DNA of 64,000 nt from Macrostomum lignano. Its lineage: Eukaryota. Each line of letters begins with the position of its first letter. Positions within the stretch are counted from its first letter, which is position 1. Shown in pieces: positions 12,066 through 22,404 of the stretch. The stretch covers positions 115,722-179,721 of the forward strand of contig NIVC01002372.1 in assembly GCA_002269645.1 (NCBI GenBank). Direction: 5' to 3'. The position numbers were made by a program, and so were the translations under genes. A model generated the notes under the pieces. That model did no database searches, was not told the origin of the DNA, and saw only the letters and a list, made by a program, of their open reading frames with translations.

Positions 12066-12224
12066 GGGTTAAAGCCTAGTGGTCAGAGCGTCGGACTCAC
12101 GTCTTGAAGGTCGGGGGCTCGATTCCCTGATCCCACAAGAACAATTTGTGTCCTTGAGCAAGACACAACTCTGTATTGCTTCAGTTCACTCAGCTGTAAA
12201 ATGGGTGCCAACATTAGCTGGGTA
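12066..12224 (+). mobile_element. CORE-type SINE (family 1), copy 2, 3'-truncated
   Basis: Same tRNA head and CORE-like segment as 1527-1708. Confidence 0.8.
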
Positions 12225-12336
12225 GGGGCCACCCAATCTCCGATGTAAATTAAAGAGGCAACCATGTTCGACGATTGACTGGAGCTTAACTTTTGTCACC
12301 TCTTGGACATTGCATTCCAGTCCTAGGAGACAGTAG

Positions 12337-12455
12337 TAGGGGCCCACCAAAAGACAAAGGAAGCCATCAAGAGACAGGGGCGCCCACCAAGAGACAGGGG
12401 CGTCCACTAAGAGTCAGGGGCGCCAACAAAAAGACAGGGGGCGCCCACCAAGGGC
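12337..12455. repeat. Degenerate ~21-bp tandem repeat (agagacaggggcgcccacca)
   Basis: About 5-6 imperfect copies. Confidence 0.7.
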
Positions 12456-13252
12456 TGAAAATATCCCTCGGGAAAGATCTACATCGTATGTAAAGTAAGG
12501 AATTGATGGGTTGCATTTTAATACCAGGGACAAGGAAATTATGGTAAAAATCTTGATTTTTAATTGCATTTGCATCTATTTACTCAGCCTATAGGCTACG
12601 AAAATTTGATTAACAGCTAAAAAACAAACACAAACGTCCGAAAAAATGTACTATACTCTATCAGTTTAATAGTACATTTGGGTGCTTCCCTATACCAGCG
12701 TATGGGATGGAAGACGAAAATCCGCAGAATCAGATGATGGATTTGTCGTGGATTTATAGCGTCCTACTTCACTTTTTAATGGCTATAGGCATGTAGAGTT
12801 CAAGAAATTCTATTAGGACATTCAAACGATGTCAATATTACTTGCTGCAGATTTTCGAAAGTAGTAAAATATGTAAATATATATTTATACTTGGTATAAA
12901 TACTTAGAATAAATATATAGAAATTCAACGTAAGATCTATTTTGAGACTTAATGAACTGCAGGGCTGTACATTTTACATCTACAGAATACTGTCTATCCA
13001 AGCACCCGGCTCTGAGGAGAGGCAAAAGAGCAGGTGAAAGAGAGCATTTTCTGCAATGAAAGAGAATTCTATTTTGTACACTAGCTATCTGTACAGTACT
13101 TGCGATAGCGAAGCCTTGTCCTTAACCCAACAACGCCAGCAGACAGATAGCAATGCAAATTTTTCTATTTAGTCCTGCCATTTGGCACAAACGGACAAGC
13201 ACCATGAGCTGCTGCGAAGTTTCTTTGGCATAATTAAATTACAGGCAACAAA

Positions 13253-14569
13253 ATGACCTCCGTGATTTGTGTAATCTGTCTAGAAGGCGAGAACACCGAA
13301 TGGTCGACTCTGCCATGCGGCCACGTGTTTCACAAGGCTTGCCTGGAACAGTGGCTCAACCAGGACGCCTCCTGCCCGCACTGCAAGCGTCGCCTGCTGC
13401 ATTCACGAGGCGCCGCTATGCGGATCTACTTTGCCAGCGAGAACGATCGGGAACAGTTACGGAACCAGAGTGAGGCCGCAACGTCGGTTGATGAAGAACG
13501 CGACCAGCTCAGGGAGATGCTGTTCATGGAGTCGCAGGAGAGGCAGGTGGCTCTGAACCAAGCTCACGATAGCGAGAAAACCATTGCTAAGCTTCGAGAC
13601 GAAAGGAATCGCGAAGCGCAACAGCTGCATCAGTTCTCAATCGACTACGAGAACCTCCAAATGCTGATGATCAACAAGGACGAGCAGATAAAGGAGGCAA
13701 AGCGTCTGACTGCTCTGCAACAGAGGGAGAGCCAAGAGCTAATCAGCCAGCTGCAGATTGCTAATCAGTCGCTGAACGAGAACTCTGCCCAACTCAACCA
13801 AAGACTGCGCTCAGCTGAACAAAAAAACAGCGAACTTCGAGTACAGCTCGACTCGCTTCAAGCAGCTGGAAATTCTTCTGCATCGAGACTGCAGGCGAAG
13901 CAAGAGAATCTGGAACTTCAGGTGGCAGAGCTGCAGTCATCCGTAGAGTTTTACAAGCTCCAGCTGGAGTCGAAGCAGCGCGACAGACAGATGGAAGCAA
14001 CTCAGCTCAGGGAAGAATTAGAAAATCTCAAAGCCACCTATTCGCGCCTGCGAACTACGGCTAACGAAGAAATTAACGCACTGAAGCAACGTAACGCTTC
14101 CGCAGAAGTTACCATCACGGATTCGAATGCCAGGGTTCGTGCTGCAGATGAAAGATTTGAACGATTGGAGCGTGAGAACACGGCTCTGAGGAATCGTTTG
14201 CAGACGCAGGAGCTGCAGATGCAGAGACTGCAAGCTGGCGAAGATCAACCAGCTGGTGCAGTCGGCTGGATCGAGCCGCCACCGACATACGAGCAACCGG
14301 ATGTAGTAGCAGCAACTGACGAGGGTCAAGACAACTTCTCTGGCTTTCCCGTATTTACGCGAGTTGAAAACAACTGGGAGCAGAAGCAACGCCAACCGCA
14401 GTCGAGTAGAGCCATTCAGAGAAGTACTCCAAATCTGCAACGAGCCGTTCAAGAAGAGGAGGGTGCAGAACATGTTTATTACGCCTCACCGACCGATGGT
14501 GCCAGAGCTGCAGACCGTGCAGTCAGGAAGGCAAAAGCGAAGAACAGCCGAAAGTGCAGACAAATGTAA
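13253..14569 (+). CDS. Intronless RING-H2 + long coiled-coil protein, TRAIP-like E3 ubiquitin ligase, 438 aa
   Basis: CVIC..LPCGHVFHKAC..W..CPHC RING, then MRIYF, a long Q/E/L-rich coiled coil and a tail with PPTY. Candidate AATAAA at 14704-14709. Confidence 0.88.
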   Translation: MTSVICVICLEGENTEWSTLPCGHVFHKACLEQWLNQDASCPHCKRRLLHSRGAAMRIYFASENDREQLRNQSEAATSVDEERDQLREMLFMESQERQVALNQAHDSEKTIAKLRDERNREAQQLHQFSIDYENLQMLMINKDEQIKEAKRLTALQQRESQELISQLQIANQSLNENSAQLNQRLRSAEQKNSELRVQLDSLQAAGNSSASRLQAKQENLELQVAELQSSVEFYKLQLESKQRDRQMEATQLREELENLKATYSRLRTTANEEINALKQRNASAEVTITDSNARVRAADERFERLERENTALRNRLQTQELQMQRLQAGEDQPAGAVGWIEPPPTYEQPDVVAATDEGQDNFSGFPVFTRVENNWEQKQRQPQSSRAIQRSTPNLQRAVQEEEGAEHVYYASPTDGARAADRAVRKAKAKNSRKCRQM

Positions 14570-14724
14570 GGGGGTATGGAGCCACGCAATCATCACCTGA
14601 AGAAGACCAATCATTTAGTTTAAAAGTAATTGCTTATTTATATAGTTAATAGTGTCCAAACTGTGCATATTTATAATTGTTTCTATAGTAAATAATACTG
14701 CGAAATAAATAATGCGGTATTTTT

Positions 14725-15335
14725 GGCTACCGGACATTTGCCCTCCGGCATTTGCCCTCCGGACATTTGCCCTCCGGCATTTCCCCTCCGGACATTTGCC
14801 CTCGAGGACATTTGCCCTCCGGGACATTTCCCCTCCGGACATTTGCCCTCCGGACATTTCCCCTCGGGGACATTTGCCCTCGGGGACATTTGCCCTCCGG
14901 ACATTTGCCCTCCGGACATTTCCCCTCTGGAAAAGTACAGGTAAGGCTGGGGATAGGGTAGGGCGCGGGTATATATTGCTTACTAGAAAAGGATGAGTTG
15001 TTGGCTGGAGAAGAACCTGATGGATGCAAGAGGCGGGAGGATGAGGTTGGTGCTGGAGGAACGACGGGTGGGTACAGGAGGAGGTGAGGTGAGTAATGTG
15101 CGAGGGGGTAAATTTGCAGAGGGCAAATGTGCGGAGGGGAAATGTCCGGAGGGCAAATGTCCGGAGGGCAAATGTCCCCGAGGGCAAATGTCCCCGAGGG
15201 GAAATGTCCGGAGGGCAAATGTCCGGAGGGGAAATGTCCCGGAGGGCAAATGTCCGGAGGGCAAACGCCGCCGAGGGGAAGTGCCGGAGGGCAAGTGCCG
15301 GAGGGGAAGTGCCGGAGGGCAAATGTCCGGAAGCG
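14725..15335. mobile_element. Foldback (FB/MULE-like) non-autonomous element with 15-bp subrepeats and 9-bp TSD
   Basis: Arms are tandem ggacatttgccctcc units in inverted orientation. Termini GGCTACCGGACATTTG / CGCTTCCGGACATTTG (right end reverse-complemented). Perfect TSD GGTATTTTT at 14716-14724 and 15336-15344. Confidence 0.88.
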
Positions 15336-15885
15336 GGTATTTTTATTATACTTGTATAGCCTGTTTAAGATTACAGGTGTGTGAAGACGAATTATTTTAA
15401 CCCTAAACTCCAGGGGCAGGGCAGCTCAGCGTTAAACGCGTCTGACTGTTTTAGGAATTAGGAATCGAAATTAGGAATTTCATGACGTTTAAAAAATTAA
15501 ATAAAGAAAACAAAGCTCAAGTCTCTGTGAAGTTCTACAAAGTAATAACGTCGCATTTCAATTATGGATTGCTTCAAAGAGTTTTAGTAACGCCGTGGTT
15601 TTTCACTATCGTCATAACCAGCTCGTACATGCATTGTAGTTCGGTGTAGATCAAAAAAGCAAAATTTGTGTAGCATATGCGCTTTACAAGCAGCTGTGTA
15701 AATATTGACATAATGCCAAAGCTCAAAGTGAAACTGCACGAGCCAGGAAATTAATCTTCCATTGAGTAGAAAATCTTTTAACGGCAGGAATCCAGGATGC
15801 TGGATGAACGTATAAAAAGGAATAAACTTTGTTTCACTTGGCTGGCAGAAGTAACTGTTATAAGCAAAGCTTCATCACCCTGAAA

Positions 15886-16620
15886 ATGAGCAAGGATAAA
15901 ATGTATTGGATCATCTTCACAGCACTACAGCTGCTTCCACTACCAGCGCTGTCATGCCCGAGTCCATACCGACTCGAGGCTGGAAAATGTGTGTTCGTGA
16001 GCACAGATCAAACTCACAGCTGGTGCTCAGCTAACCAACACTGCGAGTCGATCGGAGGCGAGCTCATCAACTCCTACAGCTCCATAAAGCTGCTAGGAGA
16101 CATGCCCAGTCTTGACTGCGGCTGCTTTCTCTGGCTCGGCATCTCCGACATGGCTGACGAGAGGACAAAGGACGAATCCGGTTGGGGAATAATTAAGGAT
16201 CGAGGAATTTTGCCATCCAACGGTTCTCTATGGCTGCCGGGGGACCCAAACAATAAGGGAGGCGTTCAAGATTGCGTCTCAACGGCAAAACATTCTGCTC
16301 AGCTTGTAGACCTGCAGTGCTCATCGTCGAGAGGCTTCGCCTGCGAGTTCTCTCCGTCGCAGCCTCTGCCCAGCGCTCCGTGGAAGCGAACTCCGTTCAA
16401 GCGCTCGAGCTACAATCCCAGCGATGAGTACTGCTTCAACGAGCTGATGCAGGTGAAGACTGCGATGCACTGCGTTGCTGCGGCTATGCGAAAGGGAAAC
16501 AGCCGACACGTGCTGTATAACAGAAAGCTTGGAGCCTGCCGCCTGCTGCTGTTCACCGACGCTCAGGTCGAGGAGGAGATCGAGAGGAGTGCCGACTGGG
16601 TCAAGTACAGCCTGTACTAA
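15886..16620 (+). CDS. Secreted C-type lectin domain protein with C-terminal PAN/Apple-like segment, 244 aa, intronless
   Basis: Signal peptide (MYWIIFTALQLLPLPALS) and CTLD with CPSPY..KC, A..HC..GG.L, WLGISD, WLPGDPNN, DCV, VDLQC..FACE. The tail has a C..C..YN....C.L pattern. Start may be 15886 or 15901. Confidence 0.85.
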   Translation: MSKDKMYWIIFTALQLLPLPALSCPSPYRLEAGKCVFVSTDQTHSWCSANQHCESIGGELINSYSSIKLLGDMPSLDCGCFLWLGISDMADERTKDESGWGIIKDRGILPSNGSLWLPGDPNNKGGVQDCVSTAKHSAQLVDLQCSSSRGFACEFSPSQPLPSAPWKRTPFKRSSYNPSDEYCFNELMQVKTAMHCVAAAMRKGNSRHVLYNRKLGACRLLLFTDAQVEEEIERSADWVKYSLY

Positions 16621-16843
16621 TTCACAGAAGTGTTGATCCACAATCGCACCGGACATTACGCTGTCACTAATGCACTGTCCTTAAGTTTAGCGATCACCCG
16701 GCCTTTTGGTCGCGAAATGAACAATAATTGCAAAGAGTTCAAGTAAATAACTGAAACTGTGCATTGCCAAGTTCCGGAGTGGTATCGTAATATTCCTTTT
16801 AAAATTTGTTTTGTTTACACTATTTTAGTTTAGACTATTTATA

Positions 16844-17760
16844 TAGGATTTTTCGTTTGATTTCATAAAATTGTCATTTGATTTCGTCCATAGAAGTTGG
16901 CAGCGCGGCCATAGAGTCCATGGAAATAAAGTGCGCTGTTTTCCGATTGAATTCATAACTTTGCCACTTCATTTCGACATACTCAGTAGAAAGGCAACAG
17001 AAAAGTCGATGCGCTTGTCCAGTACAGAAAAACTGTTAAAAACAGAAAGCTGTGTATTTAAGTCACATGAGGAAGTAGGCAGTTGCAACAGTGAAATCAG
17101 TTATGTCCGCCAAAGTTAATGCTCGTTCGCTGCAACAAGCTACAAATTTCACATTATCTGCTGCTCATTGATGCACAGGGGCAGAAACCGCATCACATGT
17201 CGTTCCCAGGCAAGGCACTTCCCGGCGGAAATTTCCTCTCGTGCAACGCAGCCGCAGCGGAAAAGCATCATGAGTCTCCACTGCGTTAGGTTGATGCCAT
17301 CAGGCGGATAGCTAAGTTCCTGTTGAAGCTCAGGTGTTGCTAGCTGGCGTTTAAGCGAAGCCTTGAGACAACTGTGTGCCTGCTCCGCGGCGTTAAGAAA
17401 TGGAGAGTACGGTGGCAGAGTTCGCAGTTGAATACGATTGGCCGCGTTTATACGTTTCCAATGGACGCGTATGCAGCCATTTTTAGGCACACAAGGAAGG
17501 TGACTGTTGCCCAAGAAGAGGACACGTTCATATAGGCTTTTCATTTCTATGAGAGGTTTGGCCATAGATATTCACCTACTGATATCCCAGCCCCCTCTGG
17601 CAGTGTTGAGTCACTCCGCGCGTCAAGTCGAAATGAAGTGGCAAAGTTATGAATTCAATCGGAAACAGCGCACTTTATTGCCATAGACTCTATGGCCGCG
17701 CTGCCAACTTCTATGGACGAAATCAAATGACAATTTTATGAAATCAAACGAAAAATCCTA
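16844..17760 (-). mobile_element. Internally deleted Tc1/mariner (IS630-Tc1-mariner) element with ~135-bp TIRs and TA TSD
   Basis: TIRs 16844-16978 and 17627-17760 are near-perfect reverse complements, with TA at 16842-16843 and 17761-17762. Confidence 0.88.
17149..17565 (-). pseudogene. C-terminal fragment of a DD..E Tc1/IS630-family transposase
   Basis: LRTLPPYSPFLNAAEQAHSCLK matches the LPPYSPDLNPIE motif. No DNA-binding domain or first catalytic Asp region is present. Confidence 0.8.
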
Positions 17761-19774
17761 TATTAGTTTTAGTGTCGTCGAACGAAAATTTGACACAACA
17801 CTAGCTATGTCGTATTAACCGCATGGGTGTAGTTAAGCAAATTAAAATCAATATATATCGATCACGATTTGTCCAACCCACCAGTACCTTGAAATAAAAG
17901 CAATATATGAGCTCGATTTATTGTAAGATGGGCTCTAATAGTTTTTTGTAAAAAATCGGTTCCAAAAAACAAGACTCTCGAACACAATCACGGAATGGAA
18001 TCCATCAAGTATGTGCTCTACAAAAGTCCCTGTGACTGGGAACCCCTGTAACCAATTACTCCAGATCCGGTTGTTGATAACTGAGTAAATTTACTCAAAA
18101 TAATTTTATCGATAGACCTGGATGAACTGGCGAGGGTGGGCAGCGGAAATTGCGTCTTTTGTCGGTAAAGCAACTTTGATACTATGAAACTTTGTTTATT
18201 AGCTTTTGCTGCTTGTTCCTGAGAAATGTTGGAGTGGAAAAAAAGCGATTCACTTCTAAAGGCACTCAGCCAACATCACATCGCATCAGTTTTTTTTAAA
18301 TGGGTATTTGAACCAACTCTAAAAGCGACTGACAAACACGGAGCACTAGCAAATATCGCCATTTTTAAAGGCCGCTTTGGTGAAGTTTATTTCTGTATGT
18401 TATTGAACCTGCGAGTTGGTATTTTAAATTCGTTCTTATAAAAAAGTGCAATAATTCATGCAAAATAACCACGTAAGCCATAAAAACATAGCAAAAGCTG
18501 ACTTGGAGAAAGTTTCCTAAACCTATTGGCGGGTACGGGCTAAAGGCTAAAACTCCTAAGACTTGGTAAACACGCATAACTGGTTGTAATATATGGGCAA
18601 TCACTGGAGGCAAGCGCGAGATCCCAGATCCTAATGCTATCGCAGAACTAGAATGGCGTTATGAAGGGCAAGTAGGAAGAAGCAGCCGATGTTAAATGTC
18701 AAAAAAACAAGTACAGTAGAATAGCATAGAAAAGGAATGCACATGACCCCTCAGCAACGTGGTCATGCAGTGCATCTGAGCAAATCAAACTTAAAACGAT
18801 GCTTTTGAACGAGCATTCTACTTTTTGCCTTGATCTGCACGTTTCTGTCTTCGTTGAAGAGCTCTAAATCAGTCCAGAGGCTCCATTACGCTCGTTCACC
18901 AAGCAATACTGCCAATTGATTGTAGATTAGCGCAACAATTATTGCATGTAGATGTTCATAAGCTTAAGCGCATAAGCGCTTATTATGAATCTCCAAGATT
19001 AATCGGTTCAGTACGTATTTGAAATCGCTTTTGATCGTAGCTCACATTCACAGACATGGGTTGGCCAAGTGCAGGATAAATATTTCGTTTCCATTTGTTT
19101 AAACGGCGAGAACTATAGACTAAGGCCTGCTCTTCAGACCAAAATAATAATCAAACTGAAATAACTTCCGCTTGACATCCATATACGAGTACTTATCATA
19201 CATGTTATTCGGCTCTCTTCCGGTCCCCGGTTGTTAACTTTGCCCTTATTTTAAACAAACCGACACATCAATAAAATTCCGATCCAGCTAAATTTTGGGC
19301 AAAGCAGAATTATATCTGGGATTCGTATAAGGGGGACCGTTACTTGCACAGCCTCCGAAAACTATAAGGTCTTTTTAGACTTTTTGACTACTGCCTTTGT
19401 CGTTTATCATTTTAAAACGTAAGGCTTCTGGAACAAGTGTCTATACCACCGTCTGGAAATCAGGTTTTCGTAGATTGGCAAACCTTTTGTACGCTCGTAC
19501 TTTCAGGCGAGCATAATTTTTTTATTCACGTAAACATTTGCCTGCTTGGTGTGTCCTTTTTCGAAAATCGAAATAATCAATTTAGAGAAAAAACTCAATA
19601 ATACGAGCGAATGAGTGGCTATACCATTATTTAACGTTATTTTGTTAGAAACTTTATACTTTCAAAAAACTTTGCAGCAAGCTGTTGCAATGAAATAAGT
19701 GAATGCAATTATTTATCGGCCGACACATTCATGATGTTTGTCTGTCTATTTTTGTGGCGTCTGAAAAGTGCTAC

Positions 19775-20126
19775 TGAGGTGCTGTTAGCGGTGCTGTTGA
19801 GGATGCTGTCGATGATGCTGTTGAGGATGCTGTTGAGGGTGCTGTTGAGGGTGCTGTTGAGGGTGCTGCCGATGATGCTGTTGAGGATGCTGTTGAGGGT
19901 GCTGTTGAGGGTGCTGCCGATGATGCTGTTGAGGATGCTGTTGAGGGTGCTGTTGAGGGTGCTGTTGAGGGTGCTGCCGATGATGCTGTTGAGGATGCTG
20001 TTGAGGGTGCTGTTGAGGGTGCTGCCGATGATGCTGTTGAGGATGCTGTTGAGGGTGCTGTTGAGGGTGCTGCCGATGATGCTGTTGAGGATGCTGTTGA
20101 GGATGCTGGTGAAGGTGCTGTTGAGT
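19775..20126. repeat. 12-bp-unit tandem repeat (ggtgctgttgag / gatgctgttgag / gtgctgccgatg)
   Basis: About 29 units. The minus strand can read as Ser/Thr/Ala/Pro repeats (see findings). Confidence 0.92.
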
Positions 20127-20255
20127 GATTATCCTAAAGGCAACGACTGGTTTTTAGGAATTTAGGAAATTTTTTTAAGATACTAATACATTGGAGTTAA
20201 TATTCATTTTGCCTATTTATATTTCAGATTAGACAAGTCCTCAAATCAGTGTACA

Positions 20256-21615
20256 ATGCGATCTGCTCTGAGGGAGGTGACCGCATCGAGCTCAGCCCAC
20301 GGCATCAGCAGGGCAGCCGACTCCAAGGAGAAGCCGGTACGGGTGATGTGGATCCTGCTCTTTCTAGTCTTCTTGGCCATGTTTCTAAACGGAGGCGTCA
20401 GTCTAGTGCTGAAGCTGTGGGGAGGCAAGCTGACGAAGGACTTCCACCTGGATCAGGCGTCGTTTGTGTTCCCAGATCTCTACAATTCTGTCCCAGCATT
20501 CCCTACTCTGGCAGCTATCCGTTCACCCTTACAAAAGACGAGGCCCAAGAACTAATTCTAATTAAGAGAGATAGAATTTGATTACGTAAAGAAGATGGGT
20601 ATTCCAAATGAAATTTTTAACGCTTTTAAAAAGGCAAAGCAGATGCAATCGGGGCTGCCATTTCATTTTACCAAAAGTATCGATTGCACAGGAAAGATGA
20701 AGCTGTACTAAGAGCATCGGTTATCAGTGATAATATCCTGCTCCTTTGTCGAGCTCGAACCGTTTTACACTCCCGAAAACCTACTCTGCTACAAGGCAGA
20801 CCTTACCGATGTGCACAAAAATGGGCTCTTGAACCTGAATAGCATTTTAGAGATCTGGCTATCTACCGATCCATATTTTTCGGATTTCAACTTCACTGGA
20901 GAGCCGGTACAGCCTTTCACAGATACAAATGGCAACTCAATACCGTTTCTGATGTGGCATTTCTGATGTGGATGTGATGTGACAGTATAAAGACTTTATA
21001 CAGTCAAAATATCTCAGAAAAGTCCAGCTCATTCACGGAAGGTTATAATGATATGGAAGCAGTTGCAAAAATCGAGAAAAATGCAACCGAGTATTGCAAG
21101 TACAGAATTCCGAGTTCGTTCCTAAAGTACTCTGCAATCTATTCATTTGGCAAGTGGCCAAGCATTGGAAGCTCTACGGACAAGTTTTTTTGAGTTGTTC
21201 AGCGCCGCGGCTGTTAAGAGAAGACAACAAGCTTGTCAACATTGCAAAGCAGATTCAAGGCCGAAATCATTCGACTCATCTAGAGAGCCTATTCAGATCC
21301 TACATATCTGAGTCACTTCTCAGAATTCGATTCTCAACTGCGTCTATATTTTCGCCTTAAACTGTGCTCACCTGGTCCTACACGTTCACTGACTTTCTAG
21401 CGGACACTGGCGGAATCCTAGGCTTGTACATCGGGTGCAGTTTGCTCACTCTGTGCGAGCTGCTCGAGCTGGTGTACGTTCTGGTCAAGTATGCGATCCA
21501 ACGGAAGACTAATAAAAATAGTGCCACTAGTGGCGAACCTGGAGAGGGTGATGGGGCCGAAGACAAGGATGCTGAAGTTCGAAAACAGGAATTAGAGCTT
21601 AAAGCTGATGTGTAG
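20256..21615 (+). pseudogene. Intronless DEG/ENaC (amiloride-sensitive sodium channel family) pseudogene, copy 1
   Basis: Pre-TM1 AHG motif, TM1, FPDLYFCP-like segment, KWPS, and TM2 DFLADTGGILGLYIGCSLLTLCELLE. Disrupted by a frameshift at ~20484, in-frame TAA at 20709-20711 and 21358-21360, and further shifts. Confidence 0.85.
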
Positions 21616-21717
21616 TTATTTTAGTAAGCTCACGACGCACAGACTATTTTTATTATTTATTTTTTTTTCATTAAATCTCCACTATCTAGGCTAACCCCCC
21701 CCCGAAGGGGGTCCGTA

Positions 21718-21900
21718 CTCCGTAGCCCAGCGGCCTAGCGCATCTGCTCTGGTGTGCAAGCGACCCAGGCTCGATTCCAAGTGCAGTCACATTAATTTGG
21801 GGCTGAATTGGAATCTCGGCTTGGCTCTGCTCGTGCAATTAACGGCCTTGACAGCCAACCCCCCAAGGCGCAGTGAAGTGTACATGCCTAACGATAAATA
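21718..21900 (+). mobile_element. tRNA-derived SINE (family 2)
   Basis: TAGCCCAGCGG A-box and GCTCGATTC B-box-like motifs. Homologous to 7920-8027. Confidence 0.7.
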
Positions 21901-21914
21901 AAGTTAGGGCCGCT

Positions 21915-22070
21915 GTACACTCCTGTGTGAGTGTGTGCCTGCGTACGTATCCGCGCGCTTGTATGCCTGCTCAGGGGAGTCGGCGGAATGGGCAGTAATG
22001 CCTCTCGCCGGTTGTGTGCCTATGTCGCTTAAAGTGCACCAGGGTGCACACAACCAACCCCCTGCCTCTA
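21915..22070 (-). repeat. Unclassified dispersed repeat (family X), copy 2
   Basis: Plus strand gtcggcggaatgggcagtaatgcctctcgccggttg matches copies at 7670 and 56205. Confidence 0.7.
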
Positions 22071-22086
22071 ATAACCCCCCCCCCAA

Positions 22087-22404
22087 GGGAGCCTCGGTTA
22101 GAGCGTCGGACTCACGACTTGAAGTTCGGGGGTTCGATTCCCGGATCACACTTGAAACAATGTGTCCTTGAGCAAGATACTCAATTCTGCATTGCTTCAG
22201 TTCACACAGCTGTAAAAATGGGTGCCAGCATTAGCTGGGGTAATTGAGGGTTTGTGTGGCGACCCCCAGTCCTTAGATGGAACAGCCGTACGCAGCCTTC
22301 AGATGCGCCGCGCAATAGCTGCGGCTGGCTGTCGGCTGCACATCTGGCCCAATAGGGGCAAATCTCTCTCTATCTATCTATCTATCTATCTATTCTTCTA
22401 TCTA
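22087..22404 (+). mobile_element. CORE-type SINE (family 1), copy 3 with (TCTA)n tail
   Basis: tRNA head, CORE-like segment, 3' body and a tctatctatcta tail that directly abuts the Helitron-like array. Confidence 0.8.

Noticed and set aside
14615-15400. Multiple overlapping ORFs (GKCPEGKCP / RTFALR repeats)
   Set aside because: Artefacts of stop-free 15-bp repeats within a TSD-flanked foldback element; the same applies to 4237-4977.
18365-19200. Hydrophobic minus-strand frames resembling a membrane receptor pseudogene
   Set aside because: About 4 stops in ~115 codons is near random expectation, T-richness explains the hydrophobicity, and no family motif was recognised.
19731-20165. Plus-strand LLRMLLRV repeat ORF as a membrane protein
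   Set aside because: Reading of a 12-bp minisatellite with no supporting gene structure on this strand.
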